Shown piece by piece: positions 10,257 through 20,639 of a stretch of DNA of 64,000 bases. The translations under genes were made by a program, and so were the position numbers. The stretch is from NCBI GenBank assembly GCA_963758635.1, contig CAVWWD010000006.1, positions 320,001-384,000 on the forward strand. Direction: 5' to 3'. Positions within the stretch are counted from its first letter, which is position 1; every line of letters begins with the position of its first letter. The notes beneath the pieces were generated by a model that made no database searches, was not told the DNA's origin, and saw nothing but the letters and a program-made list of their open reading frames with translations. This stretch comes from an uncultured Candidatus Rokubacteria bacterium (GTDB lineage: Bacteria > Methylomirabilota > Methylomirabilia > Rokubacteriales > CSP1-6).

Positions 10257-11243
10257 CTACCCCAGGGGGCGCGGGGCCACGGCGCGGAGGGCGGCGAGGT
10301 ACTCGGCCTTGCCCGGCTCGTTGAAGACCAGCCGCACCTCCTGCACGCCGGCGTCGAAGTAGCGCTGGATCTGCGCGCGGCACGCCGCGGGCGGGCCGAT
10401 GACGGTCATGGCGTCCACCATCTCGTCGGTCACCAGGCGCGCCGCCTCGTCGCGCTGCTTGGCCTGGAACGCCTGGCGCACGCGGTCGGCCTCGGCCCCG
10501 AAGCCGATCCGGTGCATGTACTGGTGGTAGAAGACGCCCATGCCACCGATGTAGAACGCGATGTGCGGCCGCTCGCGGTCGCGCGCGCCGGGCACGTCGT
10601 CGGTCACGTAGATCGACACCTGCGGCGAGATCGCGACGTCCGTCAGCGAGCGCCCCGCCACCTCCGCGCCCGCGCGAAGCTCGGCCACCGCCGCGGCCAT
10701 CCGCGACGGGGCGAGGAAGATGGGCAGCCAGCCGTCGGCGAGCTCGCCGGTGAGCCGGAGGCTCGGCGGCGACAGCGCGGCGATGTAGATGGGCAGCGTC
10801 GGGCGGTACGGCGCCACGCGCAGCTTGAACCGCTTGGTGCGGAAGACCGGCCCGTCGTGGTCGAGGGCCTCGCCCCGCGCCGCCTTGCGCACGATATCGA
10901 TGTACTCGCGCATGCGCGTGAGCGGCTTGTCGAAGCGCTCCCCGTGGAGGTCCTGGACGACGAGCTGCCCGCTGGTGCCGAGGCCCAGGAAGAAGCGGCC
11001 CTCGGACATGCGGTCCAGGTTGAGCGCGGTCATCGCCACGTTGGCGGGTGAGCGGGCGAAGACGGGCACGATGCTGGTGCCGATGCGAATCTTCGACGTG
11101 ACGGCGGCGAGCTGGGCGAGCGAGGTGAACGCGTCCTCGCCCCAGGACTCGCCCATGGTGAGGCAGCTGTAGCCGAGCGACTCGGCGAGCACGGCGCTGT
11201 CACGGATCTCGCGCCAGCTCATGCCGGGGACGTGGAGGCCCAT
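10257..11243 (-). CDS. LLM-class flavin-dependent oxidoreductase (true start may be near 11269)
   Basis: GESWGEDAF, RSPA..AMTA, GRFFLGLG, GELADGW. Confidence 0.85.
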   Translation of the reverse strand: MGLHVPGMSWREIRDSAVLAESLGYSCLTMGESWGEDAFTSLAQLAAVTSKIRIGTSIVPVFARSPANVAMTALNLDRMSEGRFFLGLGTSGQLVVQDLHGERFDKPLTRMREYIDIVRKAARGEALDHDGPVFRTKRFKLRVAPYRPTLPIYIAALSPPSLRLTGELADGWLPIFLAPSRMAAAVAELRAGAEVAGRSLTDVAISPQVSIYVTDDVPGARDRERPHIAFYIGGMGVFYHQYMHRIGFGAEADRVRQAFQAKQRDEAARLVTDEMVDAMTVIGPPAACRAQIQRYFDAGVQEVRLVFNEPGKAEYLAALRAVAPRPLG

Positions 11244-11295
11244 GATGCCGACGCTAGCGTGTGGTCATGCAGGCCGAGCTATCATAGTCGACCGG

Positions 11296-12405
11296 ATGAC
11301 GTTCGCCGCGTGCCGCTTCCCGGCACCCTCGACGAGATCACGCCCGAGTGGCTCACCGGCGCGCTCCGCGCACGCCGGCCACCTGTCCGGCGGGCGGGTC
11401 GGGGCCGTGCGCGCGCGCCCGGTCGGCGAAGGCAGCGGCTTCATCGGCGTCGTCGCGCGGCTCGAGATCGCCTACGACGGCGACCCCGGCGCGGCGCCCC
11501 GCACGTGCATCGTCAAGCTGCCCTCGGCCGATCCCGGCTCGCGGCAGGTCGGCCAGCTCTACGGCCTCTACGAGCGCGAGGTCCGCTTCTACGCCGACCT
11601 CGGGCGGGACGCCGGCATCGACACGCCCGGCTGCTACTTGACGGCCTACGACCCCGACGCCGGCGTGTCGCTCATCCTCCTCGAGGATCTTCGCGCTGGC
11701 GCGTTCGGCGACCAGATCGGCGGGTGCAGTCCGTCCCAGGCCCGGCTCGCCGTCGAGCGGCTCGCGCGCCTGCACGCGCGCTGGTGGCAATCGCCCCGGC
11801 TCGGCGACCTCCCGTGGCTCGGCCAGGGGCCGGACCTCGTCCGCGGGGCGATGGCGATGGCGTACGACGCGTGCTGGGAGCCCTGCCTGGCCCGCGCGGG
11901 CAGCCTCGCCCCGCCCTCGCTCGTGGCTGCCGGACCCACGCTCGGCCGGCGGATCCTCGCCGCGCTCGACGAGCTGCCCGACCGGCCGCTCACGCTGGTC
12001 CACGGCGACTACCGGCTCGACAACCTGTTCTTCGGCGCCGCGGCCGATCGCCCCCTCACGGTGTGCGACTGGCAGAGCCCGAACCAGGGCTGGGCGAGCT
12101 ACGACCTGACGTACTTCGTGACGACCTCGCTGCCCACGCCCGAGCGCCGCGCCCTCGAGGGCGAGCTTCAGCGCGCCTACCACCAGGAGCTTCTCGCCGG
12201 CGGAGCGCGGGGCTACTCGCTCGAGGATCTCGAGCTCGACTACCGGCGGAACCTGGCCACCATGCTGGGCATCTTCGTCATCAACGTGGCCATGCTGCCC
12301 GCGGTGAACGACCGGGCGGTGGCGATGTGGGAGGCGGTCATGGCGCGCGTCATCACGGCGGTCGAGGACCTCGACGCGCTGTCGACCCTGCCGGCCGCTC
12401 CGTGA
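11296..12405 (+). CDS. APH/choline-kinase-like (EcKinase) phosphotransferase, N-terminal indels
   Basis: YEREVRFY, LVHGDYRLDNLFF, DWQ. Confidence 0.8.
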   Translation: MTFAACRFPAPSTRSRPSGSPARSAHAGHLSGGRVGAVRARPVGEGSGFIGVVARLEIAYDGDPGAAPRTCIVKLPSADPGSRQVGQLYGLYEREVRFYADLGRDAGIDTPGCYLTAYDPDAGVSLILLEDLRAGAFGDQIGGCSPSQARLAVERLARLHARWWQSPRLGDLPWLGQGPDLVRGAMAMAYDACWEPCLARAGSLAPPSLVAAGPTLGRRILAALDELPDRPLTLVHGDYRLDNLFFGAAADRPLTVCDWQSPNQGWASYDLTYFVTTSLPTPERRALEGELQRAYHQELLAGGARGYSLEDLELDYRRNLATMLGIFVINVAMLPAVNDRAVAMWEAVMARVITAVEDLDALSTLPAAP

Positions 12406-12430
12406 CCGCGGCCGGCGGCGGGGGCGCGGC

Positions 12431-13666
12431 TCAGCCGAGCCGGTTCTTGTGGAAGCGGCCGCCCTTCATGATGGCGGCGAGGTGCGCGCCCTGGTCCTGG
12501 AAGAGCCCGAGGTCGCCGAGGGGGTTGCCGTCCACCACGAGCAGGTCGGCGGCGGCGCCCGGCGCGATCGTCCCCAGGCGCCCCTCCTGCCGCAGCACGC
12601 GCGCGGCCACGGTGGTGGCGGCCTGGATCACCTCGATGGGCTTCATGACCTCGCCGCGGATCAGGAACTCGCGGCTCTGCTCGTCCTGGAGCGCGCCGAG
12701 CAGATCGCTGCCGTAGGCCACGGGCACCCCGGCCCGCTTGCAGATCTCCAGCGAGCGGTAGCCGTGCTCGAGCACGAGATCGTTCTTGGCGAGCATCTCC
12801 GGCGTCATCCCGAACTGCGCGGCGCGCTCCTTCATCACGTAGTAGGTGACGAGGTTGGCGACCAGGAACGCGCCCTTCTCGGCCATGAGGCGCGCCGCGG
12901 GCTCGTCGATGAGGTTGCCGTGCTCGATCGTCCGCACCCCGGCGTGCATCGCGCGGGTGATGGCGTCCGGCGTGTAGGCGTGCGCGCACACGTAGCGGCC
13001 GAAGGCCCGCGCCTCCTCGACGGCGGCCCCCGCCTCGGCCGGGGTGTACTGGAGGCTGTCGAGCGGGTCGAAGGGCGACGCCACGCCGCCCGACATCATG
13101 ATCTTGATCTGGTCGGCGCCCTGTCGCATCTGCTCGCGCGTGGCCCGGCGGACCTCGTCGGGCCCGTCGGCCAGCTCGAGCGTGAAGGCCATGGCGTTGC
13201 AGCAGCGGCACGGCGCGTCGCCGTCGGTGCGCCGGCGCGGGTCGCTGTGGCCGCCCGTCGGCCCGATGGCGCGGCCGGAGATGAAGAGCCGCGGCCCGGG
13301 CAGGAGGCCCTGCTCCACCGCCGCCTTGATCCCCCAGTCCGCGCCGCCGGTGTCGCGGACGGTCGTGAAGCCGCGGTCGATCATGCCGCGCATGAGCACG
13401 GCGGCGCGCGCGGTCATCAGCGTGAGGGGCACGTTCTCGAGGTTCCGGATGTTCACCTCGCTCAGGTACACGTGCACGTGGCAGTCGATGAGCCCGGGCA
13501 TCAGCGTGCGCCCACCGCCGTCGATCACCGTCGCCCCCGCCACGGGGAGCGGACGGCTCGAGACCTCACGGATGGTGTCGTCCTCGACGAGGACCTCGTG
13601 GCCGCCGAGGAGCCGGTCGTGGCCGGGGTCGAGGAGCTGCACGTTCCTGAACACGTAGCGGGTCAT
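12431..13666 (-). CDS. Amidohydrolase (prolidase-like metal-dependent hydrolase)
   Basis: PGLIDCHVH, GFTTVRD, QIKIM, AHAY, IEHG, GSD. Confidence 0.88.
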   Translation of the reverse strand: MTRYVFRNVQLLDPGHDRLLGGHEVLVEDDTIREVSSRPLPVAGATVIDGGGRTLMPGLIDCHVHVYLSEVNIRNLENVPLTLMTARAAVLMRGMIDRGFTTVRDTGGADWGIKAAVEQGLLPGPRLFISGRAIGPTGGHSDPRRRTDGDAPCRCCNAMAFTLELADGPDEVRRATREQMRQGADQIKIMMSGGVASPFDPLDSLQYTPAEAGAAVEEARAFGRYVCAHAYTPDAITRAMHAGVRTIEHGNLIDEPAARLMAEKGAFLVANLVTYYVMKERAAQFGMTPEMLAKNDLVLEHGYRSLEICKRAGVPVAYGSDLLGALQDEQSREFLIRGEVMKPIEVIQAATTVAARVLRQEGRLGTIAPGAAADLLVVDGNPLGDLGLFQDQGAHLAAIMKGGRFHKNRLG

Positions 13667-13689
13667 CGCGGCCTCCTTGGGGCGTTCCG

Positions 13690-14883
13690 TCAGATCACGC
13701 CGTCGGCAGCGAGGCCGTCGATCGCGGCGTCGTCGTAGCCCAGCTCGCGCAGGACCTCGCGCCGATGCTGCCCGAGGAGCGGCGCCGGGGTGATCCGGGT
13801 CGGCGAGGCCGAGAGCTTGATGGGGTTGCCGACGGTCGTGAAGCGCCCGCGCACCGGATGCTCCACCTCGACGATCATGTCACGGGCGCGGAGATGCGGG
13901 TCCTCGAGCACCTCGCCGGTGTCGAGCACGGCGCCGCAGGGCACGCCAGCGCCGCCCAGGGCCTTCATGGCGTCGTGCTTGGTGCGCTGCAGGGTCCACG
14001 CCTCCACGAGCGCGTCGACCTCGGCCTTCCGCTGCGAACGCGCCTCGGCCACCTCGTAGCGCGGGTCGCCGATGAGGTCCTCGCGGCCCATGGCGCGGAG
14101 CAGCGGGTGCCACATCTGCTGCTGGGCGAACACGAACACGTAGTCGTTCGGCCCGCCGGGATGGCAGCGGTAGATCGTGCCCGGCACGCCGGCGCCGAGC
14201 TGGTTGCCGGTGCGGCCCATGGGCCGGCCGAAGCGCTGGTGATCCCGCAGGCTCACGCGGATCAGGTTCACCACCGCGTCCTGCATCGACACCTCGACCT
14301 GCTGGCCCACGCCGGTGGCGTGACGCTGCATCAGCGCGGCGAGGATGCCGATCACGCAGTGCATGCCCGTGCCGGAGTCCCCGATGGACGGCCACACGTA
14401 GGTGGGCGGGCCGTCGGCGAAGCCGGTGACGCTCATCGCCCCGCCCATGGCCTGGGCGATCGGCTCGTAGCTCTTGTAGTCGCTGTACGGGCCGTAGGAG
14501 CCGAACCCCTTGATCGACGCGTAGACCAGGCGCGGGTTGAGCTCGCGGAGCGCCGGGTACGCGAAGCCGAGGCGCTCGAGCACGCCGGGGCCGAAGTTCT
14601 CGAGGAGCACGTCGGCGGTCGCGAGGAGCGCGCGGAAGACCTCCTTGCCGCGCGGGTGCTTCAGGTCCAGGGTGAGGCTCCGCTTGTTCGAGTTGAACGT
14701 GAGGTAGAAGAGGCTGTCCTCGTTCGGCCGGTCGCGGAGCACGGTGCGGGCCGCGTCGCCCTTGCCCGGCTCCTCGACCTTGACCACCTCGGCGCCGAGC
14801 CACGCGAGCATCTGCCCGCACGACGGCCCCGCCTGGTTGTTGGTGACGTCGACGACCTTGATGCCGGCGAGCGCGCCGCTCAT
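13690..14883 (-). CDS. CaiB/BaiF family III CoA-transferase (formyl-CoA transferase-like)
   Basis: QAGPSC, NSNKRSLTLDLK, ENFGPG, GDSGTGMH. Confidence 0.9.
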   Translation of the reverse strand: MSGALAGIKVVDVTNNQAGPSCGQMLAWLGAEVVKVEEPGKGDAARTVLRDRPNEDSLFYLTFNSNKRSLTLDLKHPRGKEVFRALLATADVLLENFGPGVLERLGFAYPALRELNPRLVYASIKGFGSYGPYSDYKSYEPIAQAMGGAMSVTGFADGPPTYVWPSIGDSGTGMHCVIGILAALMQRHATGVGQQVEVSMQDAVVNLIRVSLRDHQRFGRPMGRTGNQLGAGVPGTIYRCHPGGPNDYVFVFAQQQMWHPLLRAMGREDLIGDPRYEVAEARSQRKAEVDALVEAWTLQRTKHDAMKALGGAGVPCGAVLDTGEVLEDPHLRARDMIVEVEHPVRGRFTTVGNPIKLSASPTRITPAPLLGQHRREVLRELGYDDAAIDGLAADGVI

Positions 14884-15809
14884 CGGACGAGCGCTCCCGG
14901 CGCGACGCCGCCCGCGGCGAGGGCGTCCTTGACGAAGGCGGGGTCGAAGACGCGGTCGGCCATCACCTGGCAGCGTTTCATCAGTCGATGCTCCTCCGGC
15001 CGGTAGTCGGCGACGGCGTTGTGCAGCGTGCCGATGTGGTCCCACATGAGCACGTCGCCGACGGTCCAGCGGTGCGTGTACAGGTACTTCGGCTGGAGCT
15101 GGTGCGCGAACAGCTCGTCGAGGACGCGCTCGCTCTCCGCCTCGGGCAGCTCGTTGATGCGGATCGCGTAGCCGGGGTTGCAGTAGAGCACCGTCTCGCC
15201 GCTGATCGGATGCGTGAGGAACACCGGGTGCACGGACGGCGGCCGGCGCCGGCGCTGCTCCTCCGTCATCGGCGCGCGGTAGCTGCCCGGGCGCGTGCGC
15301 ATCTTCTCCCAGAACTTGTTGAAGTCGTGCGTGGCGGTGGCGCCGGAGAGCCGCGCCTTGAGCGCGGGTGAGAGATCCGCGTAGGCGGCGCGCGTGTTGG
15401 CGAACAGGGTGGCGCCCAGCACTTGCCCGTCCCGCTCGGGCACCATCACGGCGTAGAGCACGTTCAGGAAGCCGATGGTGGGGTTGTAGGACATGTCGGT
15501 GTGCCAGTCCTGGCCCGCGTCGGTGATGCCGATCGGCTCGCCGTTCTCGATCACGTTCGACAGGATGCCCACCTCGGCCAGCCCCGGCTCGTGATGGCGC
15601 CCGGTGAGCGTGGCCTGGATGCGTCCGAAGCGCCGCGAGAAGTCGCGCAGCTCCACCGCCTCCAGGCGCTGCGCCGGGAAGTGCAGCACGCCGTGCTCGC
15701 CGAGGGCGAGGAGGATCGTCGCGAAGTCCCGGTCGCCGAGCGGCCGCGACAGGTCGATGCCCCTGACGCGCGCCCCCAGGATCTGTCCGGTCGGTTCGAT
15801 CGTCACCAT
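14880..15809 (-). CDS. TauD/TfdA Fe(II)/2-oxoglutarate dioxygenase
   Basis: WHTD, HRWTVGDVLMWD..TLH. Confidence 0.9.
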   Translation of the reverse strand: MVTIEPTGQILGARVRGIDLSRPLGDRDFATILLALGEHGVLHFPAQRLEAVELRDFSRRFGRIQATLTGRHHEPGLAEVGILSNVIENGEPIGITDAGQDWHTDMSYNPTIGFLNVLYAVMVPERDGQVLGATLFANTRAAYADLSPALKARLSGATATHDFNKFWEKMRTRPGSYRAPMTEEQRRRRPPSVHPVFLTHPISGETVLYCNPGYAIRINELPEAESERVLDELFAHQLQPKYLYTHRWTVGDVLMWDHIGTLHNAVADYRPEEHRLMKRCQVMADRVFDPAFVKDALAAGGVAPGALVR

Positions 15810-15828
15810 GTGGGCCTCCTGGCTCCTC

Positions 15829-15922
15829 TTCGAAGGAATGCAGATTTCGACTCCAGCGAGCGCCCCAACACCGTGACTCTGCGAACACGCGGCGTGCTGT
15901 CTCGCCATTCCTTCACGATCCC
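15829..15922 (+). repeat. Interspersed repeat family B, copy 1 (about 90 bp, MITE-like)
   Basis: Inverted ends GAAGGAATG/CATTCCTTC; core CAACACCG.GA.TCTGCG.ACACGC shared with 40051 and 46573. Confidence 0.85.
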
Positions 15923-15948
15923 TGAAGGGATGATGCCACGGCTCGCGG

Positions 15949-16500
15949 TCACTCGACCATGTGCTGTCCGGCCACGTCGAAGCCGCCGACGGCCCGCCGC
16001 AGCACGACGAACGCGCCCATCGGCACGCCCAGGCCCGTGAGGTCGCTGACCACGCTGCCGTGCGTGACGAGCACGAGCGGAGGTCCGGTCTTGTGGGCGT
16101 CGAGCGTCGCGCGGATCTCGGCGAGCTGACGGGTGCGGAGGGCCGGGTCGCGAAGCGAGCCGCCGAGCGGGGCCCACGCCTCCGCGCGGCCGAAGGCCAG
16201 GCGCGCGGTGTCGATGCAGCGGCAGCGCGGGCTCGACAGCACCCGGCCCACCGCGATGCCCTGGCGACGGAACGCGTCGCCGACCCGCCGGGCCTGCGCC
16301 TGGCCGTTCGCGTCGAGGTTGCGCTGGGTCGTGCAGTCGTCGAGCCGGGCGTCCGGGGGATCGAACGTGCCGGGCGCGTAGCTGTGCCGCAGCACAACCA
16401 CGCTGCCCGGCGCGCGCAGCGCCTCCCAGACCGAGTCGCTCGCCGCCGCGGGGATCGGGATCAGAAAGGCTGATACGAAAACCATCCACACTCGAATCAT
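15949..16500 (-). CDS. Histidine phosphatase family protein, probably exported
   Basis: VVLRHS..QRNL..SSPRCRC.DTA..VTH; hydrophobic N-terminus. Confidence 0.8.
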   Translation of the reverse strand: MIRVWMVFVSAFLIPIPAAASDSVWEALRAPGSVVVLRHSYAPGTFDPPDARLDDCTTQRNLDANGQAQARRVGDAFRRQGIAVGRVLSSPRCRCIDTARLAFGRAEAWAPLGGSLRDPALRTRQLAEIRATLDAHKTGPPLVLVTHGSVVSDLTGLGVPMGAFVVLRRAVGGFDVAGQHMVE

Positions 16501-16589
16501 CGGCGTGACGACCACAATCGGTGGTCGATGCTGGCGGCCGTGCGTATGGTGGCCGACAGTCGTGGCTTGCTTGGCTTCCGCCAACTCGG

Positions 16590-19500
16590 TCATGGTCGCG
16601 CTGTCGGTCGCGCCCGCACGCCCTCCAGCAGCCTTTCGGTCTGAACCTTCGCTGGCTGGGCGCCGATCTCCTCGAACGTCATCAGTGCCCGCCGCAGCCT
16701 GGTCTCGTCGCCCATGCGCCTTCCCGATTCCTGCAGCGTAAGGCCGACTTGATATCGCGCGCCAAGACGTTCGCCGCCGCGAAGGCTCTCCGCCCACCAA
16801 CTCTCGGCTGCATTTTGCTGTCCGAGAAGCCACTCCAGTGTGCCTCGCTGTCGGAAAGCGCCCACGCGACCATCGGGGAAGCGCTGCCCGTGCTCGACGG
16901 CCTGCGCGCACGCCAGTCGCGCACGTTTGCCCTCGGCCTCCCGTCGTGGGGCCGCCGAGGCCTCGAACGTGATCAACGCCCACTGCGCTGCGCCGAGGAC
17001 CAGTGGCGTCAGCCACGACCCGTGCACACTGTGCGCGTCTGCAAGTCGGCGTCCCTCGTCCAGCGCATCACGTGCCTGCTCCATCTCACCACGCTCCACA
17101 TGACTCTGACCGAGAAGGCCGGCGGCGAACACCAACGAGTAGAAGTCGGGTACTTGCCGAAGCATGCGCCGAGCCTGCTTCAGATGATCGACCACTTCGT
17201 CCGTTGGGCCTTCGCTGCACATCGCCACCATCCCGAGGTCCGCCAAACCCCACCCGAGAATCTGCTTCTCCCCGGCGTCCCGGCCGGTCGCTATCAGTTC
17301 GTGGATGAGCTTCAGACTCTGACTAAACTCTCCACGCATGAACAGAACGAGATCCGTCGTCAGAGTCGCCTGCGCCCAACCCTTCAGGTGACCTAACACC
17401 TTGAAAGCGTCAGCGGCACGGTCGAGCAGTCCGAGAGCTTCATCCCAATTGCCCCGGTAGTGGCCATGAGTTCCCGCAGCGAGGTATGCGTACCCTAGCG
17501 CCAACGGGTGGTCCGACGCCGTCGCCAGCTTCATCGCCCGCCGATTGAGACTCCCCGCGATGCGATACAGTGCGAGCTGATCGCAGAGGCATCCGATACC
17601 CGCCAGCGCCTGGGACGTCGTGCCCGTGAGCCCCCCAGACGCGCTGGCCTGTAAGTGATACACCGCCGCGAGCAGGGTACGAGGCTGGTTCGAATAGAAA
17701 TGGATCCAACCCATCATCTCGTAGATGCGGCAAAGCTCTCCGGCAGTTTCGGCATCCCGCCTGGAGGTTGTCGGGTTTAGCCGCCTCCAAAGCCACTGCG
17801 CTGCTCCTTGTGCGGCGGCTTTGACGATGGCGAGCGTCACCGCGCTTCGGCCAGCAGGAAGGCGCCCCGCCCCGAGGTTCTCAAGGGCCCGTTGGAGATA
17901 CCCCTCGGCCTGCTCATGATCGCCGCGACGAAACAGCGCCTCTCCCATCCGCCCCTCGAGGAGCGCGCGTTCGCGGGGTGCCCATGTCTGGTCGGATGCG
18001 CGTTCGTAGGCATCGAACGCTCGTCGGTAGTAGCCGAGCGCCTCGGAATCGCCGGCGAGACGCCCAGCCTGATCCCCGGCCAAAATGAGATACTCCTTCG
18101 CCTTGGACCACACCTCGGCGCGGGTGAAGTGGTACGCAAGCAACCCGTAGAATTCCTCAAGCCGCTCCGAGAAGAGCGTTTCTATGCTGTCGCCGACTGC
18201 CTTGTGCAGCCGCCGTCGCTGCTCGAGAAGCAGCGACTCATAAGCGACCTCCTGAACAAGAGCGTGTCGAAATAGATACTCTACTTCGAAGAGCCGCTCG
18301 TCCCGGCGCAGGAGCTCGGCGTCGACGAGTCGCGCAAGCTGGCGGTCCAGGTCCTGCCGCGCCTGAGTCACCTCGCGCGCAACCCGATAGAGGAACCGCC
18401 GGCCGATCACCGCCGCGGTCTTCAGAACCTCCTTGGCCTCCTCGTCGAGGCGATCCACGCGCGCCATCACCAGGCCCTGGAGATTGTCTGGGATGCTGAT
18501 ACTTTCAACGGCGCGCGTCACGACGAACTGGCCGGTCCTGGCGTGTCGGACCAGCACTCCGGTCTCGATGAGGGTGGCCACCACCTCCTCGACGAAGAAG
18601 GGGTTCCCCTCCGCCTTCTGCTGTAGCGCGTCGAGCAGCTTCGCCGGCACCTCCGCGCCATCCACGAGGCTGCTCACGAGCTGGACGGTATGCTCGTCCG
18701 TCAGCGGAGCCAGGGGGATCTCGCAGAACCGATCCGCGTGCCGCTCTCGGGCCAGCGCCACGAGCCGGGACGGGGGCCCCCCCGGATCGGGTCGACTCGT
18801 GATGCAGACCAGGATGGAATGGGTGGCGACGAGCGGGAACAGGTGCTCGATCAACTCAGTGGAGGATTGATCGGCCCACTGCAGATCCTCCACCAACAGC
18901 AACAGCGGGCGCTCCTCCGAGAGCTTCTGGAACAGCCTCCGAAGGCTAAGGAACACCTGCTGTCCCATCGCCTCGGCGTCCAGAAAGCGCACCTTCGCCT
19001 GGAAGGGCTCGGGGACTTCCAGTGCCAGAAACGTGGCGAGGTACGGCAGTACTCCTCCGGCCTCGTCACCAAAGAGGCTCCCCACCCGCCGCTGCAGCTT
19101 CACCCATGCTTCGTGCGGGCTGTCGTGCTCGGCGATCTGCGCTGACGCCTTGACCATCTCGATGAATGGCCAGTGGCTGATCTGCTGTCCGTACGACAGG
19201 GCCCGGCCCTCGAGCACTCGGACCTCGACGCGAGAAAGATGGGCCAGCCCCTCGATGACCAAGCGCGACTTGCCGACACCGGCGTCGCCCGTCACGAACA
19301 AGATCCCGCCATGGCCGGCTTGCAGCCTCATCATGGCCATGACCGTCGCGCCCATCTCACGCTCCCGCCCTACCAGCGGAGCCATTCGGCGCGGAAGCCT
19401 TGCTTCCAACGGCCGCTGCCGAACCGCCACATACGTCCGCACCGGACGCGAAAGACCCCTCACACGCTTGGGGCCGAGCGGTTCACACTCCACCGCGGCG

Positions 19501-20117
19501 GAGGCGAGCCGATGCGTCTCCTCGGTGAGGTAAATGGTTCCCGGCTCGGCGATCTGCTCCATGCGCGCGGCAAGATGGGTCGTCTCCCCTACCACGGTAT
19601 ACTCCTGATGTACGTCGCTATCCATCGCTCTCGTCACGACTTCGCCCGTGTTCAAACCGACGCGTATCTGTACCTCGATATCGAGCCGTGCTTTGAGCTC
19701 TGCCGCATAACGTTTGATGGAGTCTTGCATGCGGAGAGCTGACAGGCATCCTCGGGCCGCGTGGTCCTCGAGAGCGAGTGGCGCTCCGAACAACGCCATG
19801 ATGCCGTCACCCATCACCTGATTCACTGTGCCGCCGAAGTGCCGCACCGCCTCGATCATCCGTTCGAGCACTGGATCGAGGAGCAAACGTGCGTGCTCAG
19901 GATCACGGCCGGCAAGTTGCTCGAAGGAGCCCTTGATGTCCGCGAACAGTACTGTCACCTGTTTTCGCTCGCCTTCGAGAGCGGTCTTGCCCAGATGGAT
20001 CTTTGCAACACTTGGATTGGGCGGCGAGCCCGTAGAGCGGTCGCCCAAACCCCGTCCGCAGTTTGGGCAAAAGTTGACGGTTTCCTGCACATCCTTCGCA
20101 CACCTCGGGCAGCGCAT
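16590..20117 (-). CDS. Zinc ribbon + class III adenylate/guanylate cyclase + AAA (STAND-type) ATPase + TPR protein
   Basis: CPRC..CPNC; VLFADIKGS, MGDGIMALFG, LAARME; GDAGVGKS; LVEDLQWAD; GNPFF; helical C-terminus. Confidence 0.9.
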   Translation of the reverse strand: MRCPRCAKDVQETVNFCPNCGRGLGDRSTGSPPNPSVAKIHLGKTALEGERKQVTVLFADIKGSFEQLAGRDPEHARLLLDPVLERMIEAVRHFGGTVNQVMGDGIMALFGAPLALEDHAARGCLSALRMQDSIKRYAAELKARLDIEVQIRVGLNTGEVVTRAMDSDVHQEYTVVGETTHLAARMEQIAEPGTIYLTEETHRLASAAVECEPLGPKRVRGLSRPVRTYVAVRQRPLEARLPRRMAPLVGREREMGATVMAMMRLQAGHGGILFVTGDAGVGKSRLVIEGLAHLSRVEVRVLEGRALSYGQQISHWPFIEMVKASAQIAEHDSPHEAWVKLQRRVGSLFGDEAGGVLPYLATFLALEVPEPFQAKVRFLDAEAMGQQVFLSLRRLFQKLSEERPLLLLVEDLQWADQSSTELIEHLFPLVATHSILVCITSRPDPGGPPSRLVALARERHADRFCEIPLAPLTDEHTVQLVSSLVDGAEVPAKLLDALQQKAEGNPFFVEEVVATLIETGVLVRHARTGQFVVTRAVESISIPDNLQGLVMARVDRLDEEAKEVLKTAAVIGRRFLYRVAREVTQARQDLDRQLARLVDAELLRRDERLFEVEYLFRHALVQEVAYESLLLEQRRRLHKAVGDSIETLFSERLEEFYGLLAYHFTRAEVWSKAKEYLILAGDQAGRLAGDSEALGYYRRAFDAYERASDQTWAPRERALLEGRMGEALFRRGDHEQAEGYLQRALENLGAGRLPAGRSAVTLAIVKAAAQGAAQWLWRRLNPTTSRRDAETAGELCRIYEMMGWIHFYSNQPRTLLAAVYHLQASASGGLTGTTSQALAGIGCLCDQLALYRIAGSLNRRAMKLATASDHPLALGYAYLAAGTHGHYRGNWDEALGLLDRAADAFKVLGHLKGWAQATLTTDLVLFMRGEFSQSLKLIHELIATGRDAGEKQILGWGLADLGMVAMCSEGPTDEVVDHLKQARRMLRQVPDFYSLVFAAGLLGQSHVERGEMEQARDALDEGRRLADAHSVHGSWLTPLVLGAAQWALITFEASAAPRREAEGKRARLACAQAVEHGQRFPDGRVGAFRQRGTLEWLLGQQNAAESWWAESLRGGERLGARYQVGLTLQESGRRMGDETRLRRALMTFEEIGAQPAKVQTERLLEGVRARPTARP

Positions 20118-20429
20118 GCTCTCCCCAAGCAGGCCGCGAGCCGCTAGCCGCTAGCACGACTGAAGGACGGCGGCCCGACAATTGCGGGGATGATAGCAGT
20201 CCACCGTTTAGTCGGCCTCGGTTTCTATCCGATCAAGACCGGCACTGCGTACTCAGCGTCCGAGGCCGAGCGGGTTCGGGCGTACGCCTGTCACGCCGGT
20301 GCCCGGAGGCCACGACCGGAAGGTTCGCTCAGTCGCGCGCCGAGGCGCGTGGCTGCACGGCCAGGCGAGCTCGGTCGCCCGAAGGTCGTTCGCCTCGGGC
20401 AGCGCCAGGCCGGGTCGCGATGCGTGCCG

Positions 20430-20626
20430 ACACGAGGGTCGAAGATGAGCGCGTGCACCAGGCCCATCGGGTCGAGCGGCCGCGCCGCCGGTGTGGTGAG
20501 CGCGTCCGGGAAGAGCAGGCAGAGGACGCCGCCGTAGGCGAGGCCGGCCAGCATCACCGAGAGGACGCCGCTGATCCAGCCGGAGCCGAAGGCCCGGCCC
20601 CTGCCGGCGCCGAGCCGCGTGCTCAC
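20430..20626 (-). pseudogene. N-terminal fragment resembling sterol desaturase/fatty acid hydroxylase family proteins
   Basis: FGSGWISGVLS..GVLCLLFPDALTTP; similarity lost after about 60 aa and no His boxes present. Confidence 0.45.
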
Positions 20627-20639
20627 GCGGGCGTGCTCC

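Noticed and set aside
20290..20430. CCTCGGGCAGCGC match to the cyclase gene start (possible second zinc-ribbon remnant)
   Set aside because: Only about 13 bp in GC-rich DNA with no sustained protein similarity
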